From contig JACPFF010000026.1 of the NCBI GenBank assembly GCA_016183065.1, forward strand, positions 4,476-68,475: a stretch of 64,000 nucleotides of DNA. Direction: 5' to 3'. The notes under the pieces are model-generated. The model saw only the letters and a program-made list of their open reading frames with translations, made no database searches and was not told the origin of the DNA. Below are positions 1 to 8,536 of the stretch, in pieces; position 1 is the stretch's first letter; every line of letters starts with the position of its first letter. The position numbers were made by a program, and so were the translations under genes. Source of the stretch: Deltaproteobacteria bacterium. GTDB lineage: Bacteria; UBA10199; GCA-002796325; JACPFF01.

Positions 1-885
1 GCGATCCTCCTCATCAGTCCCCCCTTCTTCTTGGGAGTGATTGCCAAGACCAAGGCCACGTTTGCCGGACGCAAAGGGCCACCGCTCCTGCAAATGTACT
101 ATGACCTCTTCCGACTGTGCCGCAAGGGGACCGTCTACAGCCGCAGTACGTCGGTTGTCCTGCGACTGGCGCCAGGGATGGTGTGCGCGACGCTGCTGAT
201 GGCCGGGCTCTTCCTCCCCCTCTCGTGGCCGGCCCCGATCCATTTTTCCGGTGATCTGATCTTCTTTGCCTACGTGCTGGCCTTCGGCCGTTTTCTCCTC
301 CTCCTCTCGGCGCTCGATGTTGGATCCAGCTTTGCGGGAATGGGCGCGAGTCGGGAGGCGACCTTTGGGGCCTTGTCGGAATTGGCCTTCTTCATGGGGC
401 TGGTGACACTGGCGGTCATTACCCGGTCGGTTTCCTTTTCCGGGATCTTTCTCTGGGGGGGAACGCATCCGATGGTTCGTCCCGCCATTGTCCTCCTCTT
501 CCTGTCGTTTTTTCTCATACTCCTGACCGAAAATGCCCGCGTGCCGATCGATGACCCGAATACCCATTTGGAACTCACCATGATTCATGAAGCGATGCTG
601 CTCGATGTCGGGGGACCTGACTTGGGGCTGATGCTCTACGGTGCCGCCATCAAGCTCTTTCTCTTCATGGTCATCACGGTCTCGTGTGTGTGGCCCCCCA
701 CGGGGGGCTTTGGTCTGCCGGAGATCGGCGGGTTCTTCGCCAAGATGATCGGGATGGCGGTCGTGATCGGGGTGGTGGAGTCCTCCAACAGTCGATTACG
801 GCTGAGCAAGGTCCCGCAACTCCTTGTCGCCAATTTTGTGATTACTACCCTGGCCCTGCTCGCCACGATCCTGGGAGGGACCTGA
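1..885 (+). CDS. HyfC/HycD-like (NuoH-family) membrane subunit of a group-4 hydrogenase-like complex; 5' end lies outside the window
   Basis: Frame is open from nt 1 (AILLISPPFFLGVIAKTKATFAGRKGPPLLQ...). Polytopic. PIDDPNTHLELTMIHEAMLLD block is typical of HycD/NuoH. Stop overlaps the next ATG (TGATG at 883-887). Confidence 0.75.
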   Translation, partial: AILLISPPFFLGVIAKTKATFAGRKGPPLLQMYYDLFRLCRKGTVYSRSTSVVLRLAPGMVCATLLMAGLFLPLSWPAPIHFSGDLIFFAYVLAFGRFLLLLSALDVGSSFAGMGASREATFGALSELAFFMGLVTLAVITRSVSFSGIFLWGGTHPMVRPAIVLLFLSFFLILLTENARVPIDDPNTHLELTMIHEAMLLDVGGPDLGLMLYGAAIKLFLFMVITVSCVWPPTGGFGLPEIGGFFAKMIGMAVVIGVVESSNSRLRLSKVPQLLVANFVITTLALLATILGGT

Positions 886-1565
886 TGGACTGGCTCCTTG
901 TCGGCATCATCTTGAGCGCCTTTTTCCTGCTCGGACTTTCGCGATTGACCATCTGCATTCGCGTCGTGGCCATCCAGGGGGCATTGCTGTCGTTGCTCCC
1001 CATACTGGCCAAGGGGTCGCTTGCAGAGGTCCCTCTCGTGTTGATGACGCTTGGCACGTTTGCGATCAAGGCCGTCGCAATGCCATTTCTCCTCTTCCGC
1101 TCTCTTCGGGAGGCCGCGATCCGGAGGGAAGTGGAACCGATTATCAGCCTGCATCTCTCGCTGCTTGCCGGCGGTGGGATCGCCATCCTGGCGTTCTCCA
1201 GCCTCAAGGCGTTGCCGAAAGCGATCCCCCCTTTTTCCCCCATCGCGGTCCCTGTCGCGTTGACCGTGGTGCTCATCGGCTTTCTGCTCCTGATCTCCAG
1301 ACGAAAGGCCGTCACCCAGGTGATTGGTTTCTTGGTACTGGAAAATGGCGTCTTTCTCTTCGGGATGAGCCTGGTGGCCGGGTTTCCGCTGATTGTGGAA
1401 ATGGGCATTCTCCTCGATCTCTTGGTGGGGATTTTTGTCATGGGGATCATGATGTACCATATTCACCGGACCTTTGATCATATCGACATTCAGCCTCACA
1501 GTAGCGACTCCGTGGGAGCTCCAGCGGCTTTGCCGTTGCACGAGAGCGAGCGTGTCACCAGATGA
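885..1565 (+). CDS. HyfE-like small membrane subunit (NuoK-related)
   Basis: ATG at 885 preceded by GGGAGGGA. Hydrophobic 226-aa protein with VTQVIGFLVLENGVFLFG block as in hydrogenase-4 component E. ATGA overlap with the next gene at 1562-1565. Confidence 0.7.
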   Translation: MDWLLVGIILSAFFLLGLSRLTICIRVVAIQGALLSLLPILAKGSLAEVPLVLMTLGTFAIKAVAMPFLLFRSLREAAIRREVEPIISLHLSLLAGGGIAILAFSSLKALPKAIPPFSPIAVPVALTVVLIGFLLLISRRKAVTQVIGFLVLENGVFLFGMSLVAGFPLIVEMGILLDLLVGIFVMGIMMYHIHRTFDHIDIQPHSSDSVGAPAALPLHESERVTR

Positions 1566-3007
1566 TGCGCCTCATTGCTCCCATTGTCATCCCGACGCTG
1601 CTGGGCATCGTGGCCCTCCTGATCCGTGGCGCGACGCGCCGCAGGGAGCGGCGGCTTCTCCTCTCGATCGGGGCGATGGTCCATTTCATCCTCATCGCGT
1701 CTTTCCATCTGTTTCCCATTGCCGAGACGCCGTGGGCACTCCTTTCGCTTGATCCGTTGGGGCTCATTGTTCTCTCCATCAGCAGCCTCCTCTTTCTCTT
1801 GGTTTCTCTCTACGCCTGGGGCTACTTTCATCACGAGCGCGCACCCACGCATGGGGGAGTCAGCCGCGTCTTTACCCCCTGCATGCTCTTTTTTCTCGCG
1901 ACCATGACGCTCACCGCAGTCACGAATCACCTGGGGATTCTCTGGATGGCCATTGAAGGGACCACCCTCGCTTCGGCACCGCTCATCTATTATCACCGCC
2001 ACGAGAAGGCGCTGGAAGCCACCTGGAAATATCTCCTCATCTGTTCCGTGGGGATCGCCCTCGCCCTGCTCGGATTATTTTTCGTGGCAGCGGCCAATGG
2101 CGGCGATGGATCCGATCTCACGGTGACATCCCTCATGGCCCACGGTGGCGCGCTCGACCCCCGATGGCTGCGGATCGGCTTTATTCTGGTCCTGGTCGGC
2201 TTTGGCACGAAGATGGGCCTTGCCCCCATGCACGGCTGGCTTCCCGATGCCCATAGCGAGGCCCCGTCACCCGTGTCGGTCCTCCTGTCGGGGGCGCTGT
2301 TAAACTGTGCCTTTCTGGGGATCCTGCGATTTCACCAGGTGTGCCTTGCGGCCCACCTCGGCCCCTTCACCACGAGACTCTTCATCGTGTTCGGGCTGAT
2401 CTCTCTCTTTGTTGCTGCCGCGTTTATCGTGCACCAGCGTGATTACAAGAGGATGTTGGCGTACTCCAGTATTGAACATATGGGCATCTTGGCGCTCGGT
2501 GTCGGCATCGGGTCCGGATTTGGCAGCTTGTTGCACGCGATCAACCACTCTATTGCCAAGGCTCTCCTCTTTCTCACGGCCGGACAGATCTTGGTGGCCT
2601 ACAAAAGCAAGACGTCTTCCGAGATCCATGGTCTGCTGCGCACCGTGCCGTTCACCGGAGGTCTCCTGACGATCGGGACCCTGGCGGTCTTGGGAGTCCC
2701 TCCTTTTGCGCCATTCATGAGCGAATTGATCATCTGCAAGGATGGCCTTCTGCACGGTTATGGCATCCCCGTTGCCCTCTACCTCTTGGCCCTCGGCATG
2801 GTCTTCGTCGGCATGTCTCGCATTGTCCTTGGCATGATTCATGGCGCACCACATCCCCTTCCGCAGGGCGGTGAGCGACCCTCCTGGCCAATGCTTCTGG
2901 CTCCCGGACTGCTTGCCATCCCGCTCCTCTTCCTGGGCATCTATCTTCCGGCTCCATTGCGGGCGCTCCTGACCAGTGGGGGGCATCTCATCGGAGGCGC
3001 ACCATGA
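1562..3007 (+). CDS. HyfF-like antiporter-type subunit (NuoL/M/N family)
   Basis: 481 aa, about 14 TM segments. GTKMGLAPMHGWLPDAHSEAPSPVSVLLSG block is diagnostic of the NuoL/M/N / HyfB,D,F family. Translationally coupled on both sides. Confidence 0.8.
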   Translation: MMRLIAPIVIPTLLGIVALLIRGATRRRERRLLLSIGAMVHFILIASFHLFPIAETPWALLSLDPLGLIVLSISSLLFLLVSLYAWGYFHHERAPTHGGVSRVFTPCMLFFLATMTLTAVTNHLGILWMAIEGTTLASAPLIYYHRHEKALEATWKYLLICSVGIALALLGLFFVAAANGGDGSDLTVTSLMAHGGALDPRWLRIGFILVLVGFGTKMGLAPMHGWLPDAHSEAPSPVSVLLSGALLNCAFLGILRFHQVCLAAHLGPFTTRLFIVFGLISLFVAAAFIVHQRDYKRMLAYSSIEHMGILALGVGIGSGFGSLLHAINHSIAKALLFLTAGQILVAYKSKTSSEIHGLLRTVPFTGGLLTIGTLAVLGVPPFAPFMSELIICKDGLLHGYGIPVALYLLALGMVFVGMSRIVLGMIHGAPHPLPQGGERPSWPMLLAPGLLAIPLLFLGIYLPAPLRALLTSGGHLIGGAP

Positions 3008-4473
3008 ACGCACTCGGGGTGTGCCTCGCCAATGGCGTGCCGGCCGCGCTGGACACCGTGCCGTGTGTCGACGTTGCCGCCTGGCGCCAATGGATCATTG
3101 AAACCTGCAAAGGATCTACGGGAAGGATCGTCGCCCTCTTTGCCGATGCACACGGTGACCGCGTGCGACTGTACGCCATCATCGGGATGGACCTGCAGCA
3201 TGAGTTGTGGCTGGCGGCCACGGAGGTGTGCGCGCGGGCGCTCCACTACCCATCGCTCACGCCCGATCTTCCGGAGGCGCACTGGTTCGAGCGGGAACTG
3301 TACGAAGAATCCGGTGTGGTGCCGCAGGGGCACCCCTGGCTGAAACCGCTGCGCACAGACCGCCCGTACCCGTTCTATCGCGTCGATGGGGAAGGGATCC
3401 ATGAAGTCGCGGTCGGACCGGTCCATGCGGGGATTATTGAACCGGGACATTTTCGGTTTCAATGCCACGGCGAAAAGATTTTCCACCTGGAGATCCAGCT
3501 GGGGTACCAACATCGCGGCGTCGAGTCGCTGTTGCTTCAGGCACCGCCGGCCCGCCGTGCGATCCTCGCGGAATCGATTGCCGGAGATACAGTGATCGGA
3601 CACATGCTGGCCCATGCCCATGTGGTGGAGCAGTTGGCGGGACGGGCCATCCCCGCGCGGGCGGAAGGGTTGCGGGTCATCGCCCTGGAACTCGAACGCC
3701 TGGCCAACCATGTGGGCGATTTGGGGATGCTCTCCGCTGATATCGGTTTTCTGACGGCCGCAAATTACTTTGGACGACTCCGCGGCGAATTCCTGAATCT
3801 CCTGATGGCACTCACCGGGAACCGCTATGGACGTTCCTTTATCAGACCGGGCGGCGTGTTGCTCGATCTCTCTCGGACCGAGATCGCCGCATTCCAGAAG
3901 CGTCTGACACGGAGTGCCAAGGAGGTTCAGGCGGTGGCGAGGCTCTTCTTTTCAGCCACCTCCGTGCTCGATCGTCTGGAACAGACAGGGATTGTCGAGA
4001 CGACAGCGGCACAGGCGCTTGGCCTGGTGGGTCCCGCGGCACGGGCCTCCGGGTTGCATCGGGATGTCCGACACGATTATCCCACCGGCGACTATCGATC
4101 CTCCCCGTTCCCTCTGGTCCGGCTTACGACGGGAGATGTCTATGCCCGGGCACGGATCCGCGGGCTGGAAGTGCAGCATGCTCTCGATTTTCTCCAGAGA
4201 CGGTTGAAGAGTCTGCCGCAGGAAAAAATCTTCCTGGCCTGTGGTGCGGCACAACCCTCCGCCATCATTGTGAGTCTGGTGGAAGGTTGGCGGGGGGAAA
4301 TCGCCCACGTGGCGATTACCGATCGCGGCGGGGCATTCACACGGTACAAGATTGTCGATCCGTCGTTCCATAATTGGATGGGACTCCAGATCGCCATGCG
4401 GGGTGGCCAGATCTCGGATTTCCCACTCTGTAACAAGAGCTTTAATTTGTCGTATGCCGGACACGATCTCTAA
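3004..4473 (+). CDS. HycE/HyfG-like large subunit (NuoC-like + NuoD-like fusion) lacking the NiFe-binding cysteine motifs
   Basis: GPVHAGIIEPGHFRF, LELERLANH and C-terminal DPSFHNWMGLQIAMRGGQISDFPL blocks match HycE/NuoD. Only 7 Cys and no CxxC pair. See finding. Confidence 0.8.
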   Translation: MNALGVCLANGVPAALDTVPCVDVAAWRQWIIETCKGSTGRIVALFADAHGDRVRLYAIIGMDLQHELWLAATEVCARALHYPSLTPDLPEAHWFERELYEESGVVPQGHPWLKPLRTDRPYPFYRVDGEGIHEVAVGPVHAGIIEPGHFRFQCHGEKIFHLEIQLGYQHRGVESLLLQAPPARRAILAESIAGDTVIGHMLAHAHVVEQLAGRAIPARAEGLRVIALELERLANHVGDLGMLSADIGFLTAANYFGRLRGEFLNLLMALTGNRYGRSFIRPGGVLLDLSRTEIAAFQKRLTRSAKEVQAVARLFFSATSVLDRLEQTGIVETTAAQALGLVGPAARASGLHRDVRHDYPTGDYRSSPFPLVRLTTGDVYARARIRGLEVQHALDFLQRRLKSLPQEKIFLACGAAQPSAIIVSLVEGWRGEIAHVAITDRGGAFTRYKIVDPSFHNWMGLQIAMRGGQISDFPLCNKSFNLSYAGHDL

Positions 4474-4474
4474 T

Positions 4475-5230
4475 ATGTGGACCATAATAAAGAACAGGTT
4501 GCAACAAGGCTATCGCACGCAGGCGTTCCCCCCCCGGGAACCGTTGCCAGTCCCGTTTCGGGGGAGACCGGTGATTGACCCTGCGCGGTGCCAGAGCGGG
4601 TGCCAGGCGTGTGCGAATGCCTGCCCAACGCATGCGTTGACCACGCATCCCCTCACCATCGACCTTGGCCGATGTCTCTTCTGCCAGGACTGTGTCGCGG
4701 CCTGTCCCGACGGTGCAATCACGTATTCCCAAGATTATCGGCTTGCGGCATCGCGGAGAGAGGATCTCAGGTTGAGAGATGCCGAGATTCCGAAAGTGCA
4801 CCGCCTGGAAGAACAGATGCGCACACTCTTTGGGCGTTCTCTGAAACTGAGAGCCGTCTGTGCGGGAAGTTGCAACGGATGCGATCTCGAACTCCAGGCG
4901 TTGAATAATGTCGTCTTCGACCTCTCCCGTTTTGGCATTCAGTGTGTTGCATCGCCGCGACATGCGGATGGACTCATCATTACGGGGCCCGTGACTACAC
5001 GGATGCGGCTGGCACTGGAAAAAACCTTTGCCGCAGTGCCGGACCCAAAAATCGTCATCGCCATCGGCGCTTGTGCCATCAATGGCGGACCGTTTGAGGG
5101 GAGTCCAGCGGTCTGCAACGGCGCGGACGCGGTGATCCCGGTGGATCTGTACATCCCGGGCTGCCCCCCGCATCCACTCACGATCCTGGACGGATTCCTG
5201 CGGCTTCTCGGTCGCCTGAAAGACCGGTGA
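4475..5230 (+). CDS. Fusion of a 2x[4Fe-4S] ferredoxin-like (HycF/NuoI-like) domain with a HycG/NuoB-like small subunit
   Basis: ATG at 4475, 2 nt after the upstream stop. CQSGCQACANACP and CLFCQDCVAACP ferredoxin motifs, then CAGSCNGCDLE, ASPRHADGLIITGPVT, GACAINGGPF and IPGCPPHP (NuoB-type cluster ligands). Confidence 0.8.
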   Translation: MWTIIKNRLQQGYRTQAFPPREPLPVPFRGRPVIDPARCQSGCQACANACPTHALTTHPLTIDLGRCLFCQDCVAACPDGAITYSQDYRLAASRREDLRLRDAEIPKVHRLEEQMRTLFGRSLKLRAVCAGSCNGCDLELQALNNVVFDLSRFGIQCVASPRHADGLIITGPVTTRMRLALEKTFAAVPDPKIVIAIGACAINGGPFEGSPAVCNGADAVIPVDLYIPGCPPHPLTILDGFLRLLGRLKDR

Positions 5231-5494
5231 CCTCTGAAGCACCAATCTCCAAAACAGTGTCTGAGATCCCCGCCTGTTGAAGGATGGATCCGAGTACGAT
5301 CCGGTACAACTGTGCCCCATTGAAGAGTCCATCGGCAGAGGTCCTTCTGCGTTGTAAAGACTTCTTAAGGTGTAAGCAAATTTTGCGCCATTTTGGGCAT
5401 GTTGAGGGACAAAATCGGAAATTATCTTAACGTGTTGGTATGGTGCGTTAACTTTTCCTGAGTATATACGTCTTACGGTACCATAAGTATTTCT

Positions 5495-5530
5495 AACGTT
5501 TCATGAGCACATTTGTACTCATGAAACGTT
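5495..5530 (+). terminator. Perfect 13-bp inverted repeat (AACGTTTCATGAG N10 CTCATGAAACGTT) in an AT-rich convergent spacer; candidate terminator or protein-binding palindrome
   Basis: Read directly. Lies 265 nt downstream of the hyf-like operon. No T-run follows, so the terminator role is uncertain. Confidence 0.35.
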
Positions 5531-5590
5531 GAAATACTATATCAGACAACTATTGATGATGAGATTATTTCAAATTCCATATTGGTGTCG

Positions 5591-5613
5591 GAAAAAAACC
5601 CGGACATCGGGTT
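5591..5613 (-). terminator. Intrinsic terminator of the GH17-GT2 gene
   Basis: On the minus strand: AACCCG-ATGTC-CGGGTT followed by TTTTTTTC, starting 10 nt after the stop codon at 5623-5625. Confidence 0.7.
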
Positions 5614-5622
5614 GAAAGATAC

Positions 5623-8247
5623 TCAACAATTCTCAAGATGATGAGAATCCGTCCGGTCAAAGAGCCGCGCCGGGAGGCGTGGTATGACGCTCAGGAGGGC
5701 GACGATCATGGTGGCAAGGTACGGGATCGATTGGATCATCAAGACGAGGATCCACGCGTGCATATCGAGTGTCAGTAATCCCTGCTGATAGACGAGGGCC
5801 ATGGCCGCCCCGAGCAATGTGAAAAAGAAGAAGACCTCCGCACGGATTGCGGCGAGTGTGCGGAGGAGGTGGCTTGTTGCCGTCATTTTGGGCGTGCGAA
5901 AAAACGGGACGCTGCTCGTCGTGATTCCTTGCAGAACGGCGATGGCAATCGTGTGGGAGAGTGCAATGCCCGCCAGGGCCGCCCCGCAGATCTTCCGGAA
6001 GGGCGCGCGAATGCGTGCGCGGTAGAGATAGATCAGTTTGCCGATTTTAAAACTGAACAGGGCGATCGGAAAGAGCGAGAACTCCGCCAGTGGCGGATCA
6101 ACGCGTTTTGGCAAAGAGAGCATGGCCGCACTCCAGCAGACCGCCGCCACATTGAACACAAGATTTGCCGCATCGGCCATCCACGGCAACCATCCGGCAA
6201 TAAAATGGTATTTTTGCCCGTAGGTGAGCGCACTCGCTTGTACGCCGATCAGTGAACGGAGATGCTGCTTGAGAATCTGCATGGCCCCGTAGGCCCAGCG
6301 GAAGCGCTGCCGTTTGTAGTCGAGAAAAGTATCCGGCATCACGCCTCTGCCGTAACTGGTCGGGATATAGATGGCCTCGTATCCCTGCTCAAACACGCGG
6401 AGTCCCAGCTCGGCGTCTTCGGTAATGCACCATGCGGCCCAACTGCCGACGGTTTCCAACACGGATTTCCGCACGAGTGTCATCGTGCCATGCTGGATAA
6501 TGGCATTGCGGTCATTGCGGGTGATCATCCCGATAAAGAAAAAACCGCTGTATTCGGCGTGGCACACGGCCTTGAAGGCATTGCGATGGGCGTCGCGATA
6601 GTCTTGCGGGGCCTGCACGATCGCGATGCGCGGGTTTTCAAATTGCGGGACCAGATCGAGCAACCAGTTCGTCTCGACGACATAATCGCTATCGATCACG
6701 GCAATGATCTCCGTCACGGAATTGGTGTGTTGCAGCGCACAATTGAGTGCCCCGGCCTTGAAGCCAGTCAGGTGGTCGATGTGGAAAAAGCGGAATTGAT
6801 TTCCAAGTATTTGACAGTGGGCCTCGACGGGTCGCCAGATGGCAGGATCCTCTGTGTTGTTATCAATCACCACCACTTCATATGCGGGGTAGTGCAATGC
6901 GGCGAGGGCGTTCAGCGTTTCGATGAGCATCGCCGGAGGCTCGTTGTACGCAGGCACGTGAATGGAGACAAACGGCGCGGCGACGTTGCAGGTCGATCCT
7001 TTCGCTAACGAACGACGCCGCTCCTTGCTCCAGAGGGCCTCGGCCCACTCGTGGGCCTCGGTGAGGATCACGACAATCACACCGATCATGCCGGTGACGA
7101 CGAGGATGCCGACAATGATCGAGGTGAGGGTCAAATATTGATGGACATATTTATAAATGATCCACACGGCGGTTGCAGAGGCGAGGTACGCGATGATGGC
7201 GAGAAAGCTCCGTCCCCGCGTCTTCAAAGTATGACTATCGAGCAGCAGGAAGCTCAGCATGATGATGGCAATGACCACCGAAATTCCGGCCAGCCAGTGC
7301 CACTGCGGGATGGCCACGATCGGCGTCTGGAGGGGGAATTTCAGATGGCGCTCGACATCGTAGACGCCCCAATAGGCCCCGACCGCGCCCTCGGTGTCGC
7401 GTTTCCACGGTTGATCGAAGGCCTCCATGATGTAATAGATGTATTCTTCCTGCTCCGCGCGATCGAGAAAGCGGCGCAAAAAAATGGCCTGGTTGGACGG
7501 CGACGCCACTGCCGACCGCCGCGTGCGGCCGTTGCTTGGCCAGCCGACCTCGGTCATGACGATCGGTTTTTTCGGAAAGAGCACGCGCAGGCTATTCATG
7601 TGTTGCACAATATATTCCACGGCCTGATCGAGATGGATGCCCTCCCAGTACGGCAACATATGGACGGCGACAAAGTCGACATGCTCCGCAAGTTGCGGAT
7701 ATTTGATCCACACGTGCCAGGGCTCCGCAGTACTGACCGGCCGGTCCAACTCTGCGCGCACGCGGTCGAGGTGCACGGCGAGCTCATCCACCGTCACATC
7801 GCCCCGGAGGATGGCCTCGTTTCCGATGATCACGCGGACGACATTGCGGTGCTGCTGCGCGACGCGAATCAGTTCCGCGACTTCCCGTTCGTTGTTCTCC
7901 CGCCGCGTATCGATCCAGGCGCCGAGCGTCACATTAAGGTCGTGTTTTTCGGCCAGGGACGGGATCTGTGCCAGGACATCTTCCATGGAATAGGTGCGGA
8001 TGGCGTGCACTTTTTTGGCCAGCAGCGCGAGGTCGGTTTCGATTTCCTCTGGGGTGGGAAACGTGTCGGTCAGCGGGCTCTCATCCATCCGCATCGGCGA
8101 AAAGGAAAAGCCCTGGATCATTTTGGGCCACGGGGGTTCCTCTTCAGGCCGATTCAGATAGGCCCAGAATCCGACGCTCAGGATGGCCACGGCCATGACG
8201 ACCAGAAAATTGGCCCGGATATTGGATGGGCGCAAGGTCAGGTGCAT
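5623..8247 (-). CDS. Membrane glucan synthase, GH17-like glucanase/transglycosylase domain fused to a GT2 processive glycosyltransferase (Bradyrhizobium/Pseudomonas NdvB-like)
   Basis: N-terminal TM. GH17-like blocks (IIGNEAIL, MTEVGWPS). TM linker. GT2 blocks VSIHVPAYNEPP, VIDNNT, DSDYVV, TEDAELG and QRFRWAYG (QxxRW). C-terminal TMs. Confidence 0.7.
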   Translation of the reverse strand: MHLTLRPSNIRANFLVVMAVAILSVGFWAYLNRPEEEPPWPKMIQGFSFSPMRMDESPLTDTFPTPEEIETDLALLAKKVHAIRTYSMEDVLAQIPSLAEKHDLNVTLGAWIDTRRENNEREVAELIRVAQQHRNVVRVIIGNEAILRGDVTVDELAVHLDRVRAELDRPVSTAEPWHVWIKYPQLAEHVDFVAVHMLPYWEGIHLDQAVEYIVQHMNSLRVLFPKKPIVMTEVGWPSNGRTRRSAVASPSNQAIFLRRFLDRAEQEEYIYYIMEAFDQPWKRDTEGAVGAYWGVYDVERHLKFPLQTPIVAIPQWHWLAGISVVIAIIMLSFLLLDSHTLKTRGRSFLAIIAYLASATAVWIIYKYVHQYLTLTSIIVGILVVTGMIGVIVVILTEAHEWAEALWSKERRRSLAKGSTCNVAAPFVSIHVPAYNEPPAMLIETLNALAALHYPAYEVVVIDNNTEDPAIWRPVEAHCQILGNQFRFFHIDHLTGFKAGALNCALQHTNSVTEIIAVIDSDYVVETNWLLDLVPQFENPRIAIVQAPQDYRDAHRNAFKAVCHAEYSGFFFIGMITRNDRNAIIQHGTMTLVRKSVLETVGSWAAWCITEDAELGLRVFEQGYEAIYIPTSYGRGVMPDTFLDYKRQRFRWAYGAMQILKQHLRSLIGVQASALTYGQKYHFIAGWLPWMADAANLVFNVAAVCWSAAMLSLPKRVDPPLAEFSLFPIALFSFKIGKLIYLYRARIRAPFRKICGAALAGIALSHTIAIAVLQGITTSSVPFFRTPKMTATSHLLRTLAAIRAEVFFFFTLLGAAMALVYQQGLLTLDMHAWILVLMIQSIPYLATMIVALLSVIPRLPARLFDRTDSHHLENC

Positions 8248-8262
8248 ATTGCACTGCCGGTG

Positions 8263-8345
8263 ACCATTGGAGGGGCTCGCGTCGCCCCCTCCAGCGGCAA
8301 AGCCGCGGGAGCCTCCCCCTCTCGCGCGCGGTGCGCGCTGGGGGA
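8263..8345 (+). repeat. 83-nt GC-rich palindromic (REP-like) element, copy 1
   Basis: About 94% identical to 34535-34616. Contains the CTCCAGCGGC-AAA-GCCGC(G/T)GGAG hairpin and a GCGCGCGGTGCGCGC palindrome. A partial extra copy (GGGGCTCGCGTCGCC) follows at about 8356-8370. Confidence 0.8.
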
Positions 8346-8536
8346 CTTTTCACCCGGGGCTCGCGTCGCCTCCGGCTCTCGCCTGCGGGGCCCCACTCTG
8401 CGCGCAGAGAGGTCCCGGGAAAAGGTGGTGCGAGCATACCCCTCCCGGAAGAGATCGACCATCCTCGGCGAAAAGAGAAAAAAGGACATGGACGGCGTCG
8501 TTAGCGCAAGGACCGGGCGAAATCAAATCAGATTAT

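Noticed and set aside
636-1541. 301-aa minus-strand ORF (and 845-1450) opposite the HyfC/HyfE-like genes
   Set aside because: Arg/Gly/Pro/His-rich, low-complexity translation typical of antisense frames in GC-rich coding DNA. The plus strand has clear family motifs and translational coupling.
5231-5622. AT-rich 390-bp spacer as a possible sRNA gene or riboswitch
   Set aside because: It lies between convergent genes. The only structures found are a terminator for the minus-strand gene and one palindrome. No known riboswitch core sequence was recognised.
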